The notes under the pieces were generated by a model that saw only the letters and a program-made list of their open reading frames with translations, ran no database searches and had not been told where the DNA came from. Shown here in pieces: positions 44,114 to 45,476 of a DNA stretch of 45,476 nucleotides (position 1 is the stretch's first letter; every line of letters starts with the position of its first letter). The stretch is from an uncultured candidatus Brocadiaceae bacterium (lineage in GTDB: Bacteria; Planctomycetota; Brocadiia; SM23-32): NCBI GenBank assembly GCA_964605915.1, contig CAZSET010000003.1:2886-48361 (forward strand). Reading direction: 5' to 3'. Position numbers and translations under genes: made by a program.

Positions 44114-44142
44114 GTGACGGACGCCCCTCCGAGACGTATAAT
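44114..44142 (+). promoter_or_regulatory. Candidate promoter upstream of repeat copy B and the radical SAM gene
   Basis: GTGACG (44114-44119), 17-nt spacer, TATAAT (44137-44142), about 65 nt upstream of the repeat. Confidence 0.35.
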
Positions 44143-44205
44143 GGAAAGCGTGCGCATGGCGGGGCTAGAGAGACCGAGGATTGGCTGCACATGTACCGCA
44201 AGGAC

Positions 44206-44377
44206 CTAAGGCGCTATTGTAGGACCCGCTCCGTCGGCCCGAGGTCGAGCGAGAACGCCGAGGGCAAGGAGGCCGAAGCAGGCGATTCAAAGGCCAGAAT
44301 CGCCGATGCAGGCCGACACAGCCCTTCGGTGCTCGCAGCCGGCCGAAGCCAGGATGGGGTTCTGCAACAGCGCCTAA
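44206..44377 (+). repeat. 172-nt rod-like interspersed repeat, copy B
   Basis: 168/172 identical to 16958-17129 in the same orientation. The differences are at element nt 15, 18, 157 and 162 only. Confidence 0.85.
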
Positions 44378-45476
44378 GTCGCAGGGAGTTTGTGAAGGCC
44401 GCTGCGGGCGCAGCGGCATCGGTCTGCGGCATCGCCGCCGGAGGGACGGCTGAAGCGGGCCGACCGCTGTTGAGCGACCGCGAGGCGCTCTATTACCAGA
44501 AACTCCGCGGCGGGATGGTCCGCTGCAACCTATGTCCGCTGCGGTGCATCGTGGGCGAGGGCGCGCGCGGGCTCTGCGGCGTGCGCGAGAACCAAGGCGG
44601 CACGTACCGCACCCTCGTCTACGGGCGCCTCTGCGCCGCGCACGTCGACCCCATCGAGAAGAAGCCCCTCTTCCACTTCCTGCCGGGTACGAAATCGTTC
44701 TCCATCGCCACGGCGGGCTGCAACGTCGAGTGCCAGTTCTGCCAGAACTGGGACATCAGCCAGGCCGCACCGGAGGACGTGAGGACGACCTACAAGCGGC
44801 CCGAAGAGGTGGTCGAGCTGGCGCGGCGCAGGGACTGCGCCTCCATCGCCTTCACCTACTCGGAGCCGACCGTCTTCTACGAGTACTCGCTCGACATCGC
44901 CCGGGCGGGCAAGGAAGCCGGCGTGCCCTGCGTGAGCATCACGAACGGCTTCATCCAGCCCGAGCCGATGAAGCAGCTCTGCGAATCGCTCAGCGCCGTC
45001 AAGATCGACCTGAAGGCGTTCACCGAGGAGTTCTACCGGGAATACGTGCTCGGCGAGCTTCAGCCGGTGCTCGACACCATCGTGCTGCTCAAGAAGCTGG
45101 GCATGCACACGGAGCTGGTGACGCTGCTGATCCCGGGGCTGAACGACAGCGAGAAGGAGATCCGGGACCTGAGCCGGTGGGTGGTGAAGAACGTCGGGCC
45201 GGACGTGCCGCTGCACTTCTCCCGGTTCCATCCGGCCTACAAGATGACGAACCTGGCGAAGACGCCGGAGCGGACGGTGATCCGGGCGCGGGAGATCGCC
45301 GCGGCTGAGGGGGTGCACTACGCCTACGTGGGGAACCTCTCGGGGCACGAGTACGAGAGCACGTACTGTCACAACTGCGGCAAGCGGATCATCGAGCGGT
45401 TCGGCTTCCACGTGGGGGAGGTGCAGATCGTGGACGGCAAATGCGCCCACTGCGGCACCGCCATCCCGGGCGTGTG
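44329..45476 (+). CDS. AmmeMemoRadiSam-system-type radical SAM enzyme with Tat-like signal (3' truncated by window end)
   Basis: This frame is not in the ORF track because it has no stop before the window end. SRREFVKAAAGAAASVCGIAAGG (twin-arginine-like), CNLCPLRCIVGEGARGLCGVR, radical SAM AGCNVECQFCQNW, C-terminal CHNCG...CAHCG. The start is uncertain (GTG 44329 inside the repeat, or in-frame ATG 44191). Confidence 0.8.
   Translation, partial: MLAAGRSQDGVLQQRLSRREFVKAAAGAAASVCGIAAGGTAEAGRPLLSDREALYYQKLRGGMVRCNLCPLRCIVGEGARGLCGVRENQGGTYRTLVYGRLCAAHVDPIEKKPLFHFLPGTKSFSIATAGCNVECQFCQNWDISQAAPEDVRTTYKRPEEVVELARRRDCASIAFTYSEPTVFYEYSLDIARAGKEAGVPCVSITNGFIQPEPMKQLCESLSAVKIDLKAFTEEFYREYVLGELQPVLDTIVLLKKLGMHTELVTLLIPGLNDSEKEIRDLSRWVVKNVGPDVPLHFSRFHPAYKMTNLAKTPERTVIRAREIAAAEGVHYAYVGNLSGHEYESTYCHNCGKRIIERFGFHVGEVQIVDGKCAHCGTAIPGV

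Noticed and set aside
44191-44328. In-frame ATG 44191 (GAGGA at -10 nt) as the radical SAM start, with the whole repeat translated
   Set aside because: It cannot be excluded because the frame is open. It would, however, put about 76 residues, mostly encoded by a repetitive hairpin element, before the twin-arginine motif, which is atypical. It is kept as an alternative in the findings.
1-45476. Scan for tRNA, rRNA, CRISPR arrays, transposases, integrases and prophage genes
   Set aside because: I saw no T-loop/acceptor-stem-like intergenic sequences, no regularly spaced short repeats and no DDE or tyrosine/serine recombinase motifs in any plausible ORF. The only interspersed repeat is the 172-nt element.

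Overview
This is a 45.5-kb, very GC-rich bacterial chromosome segment. Gene content is diderm-type (Lol-type ATPase, LPS heptosyltransferase), but the taxon cannot be assigned from sequence alone.

The backbone is housekeeping:
- aspS, hisS, lysS, recA, acpS, a stand-alone coaB and ilvE
- an MtaB-like methylthiotransferase, a malic enzyme and an HMGL/isopropylmalate-synthase-family enzyme
- a metallophosphoesterase and a DegT aminotransferase
- an etfB / ferredoxin-fused etfA / GlcD-like oxidase operon
- an ADP-ribosylglycohydrolase, an M48 protease and the 5' part of an AmmeMemoRadiSam-type radical SAM gene

Because of the GC content, most of the longest ORFs in the track are antisense shadow ORFs, and I discarded them.

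Three lower-GC DNA-methyltransferase modules interrupt the backbone, each with its own near-consensus sigma70-type promoter:
1. A solitary nuclease-like/NPPF-methyltransferase fusion (5290-8175).
2. A COG1743/DUF1156 Zn-ribbon methyltransferase overlapping a PD-(D/E)xK endonuclease gene (21270-24489).
3. A 4.8-kb island (32361-37153), my best candidate for an undescribed system. It carries an HTH-fused SPPY methyltransferase, an FRG-domain protein, a 393-aa orphan protein and a convergent, split PD-(D/E)xK-like nuclease.

Other non-routine signals:
- An ECF sigma factor has a C-terminal extension that looks like a GspF/PilC cytoplasmic domain plus a GspE/PilB N-terminal subdomain.
- A 172-nt rod-like repeat is present in two copies (168/172 identical), and all four differences keep a 21-bp closing helix paired on the + strand.
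- There is no in-frame stop between an LPS glycosyltransferase/pseudokinase gene and recA.
- Two GNAT paralogues sit in tandem.

I recognised no rRNA, tRNA, CRISPR array, transposase or integrase.
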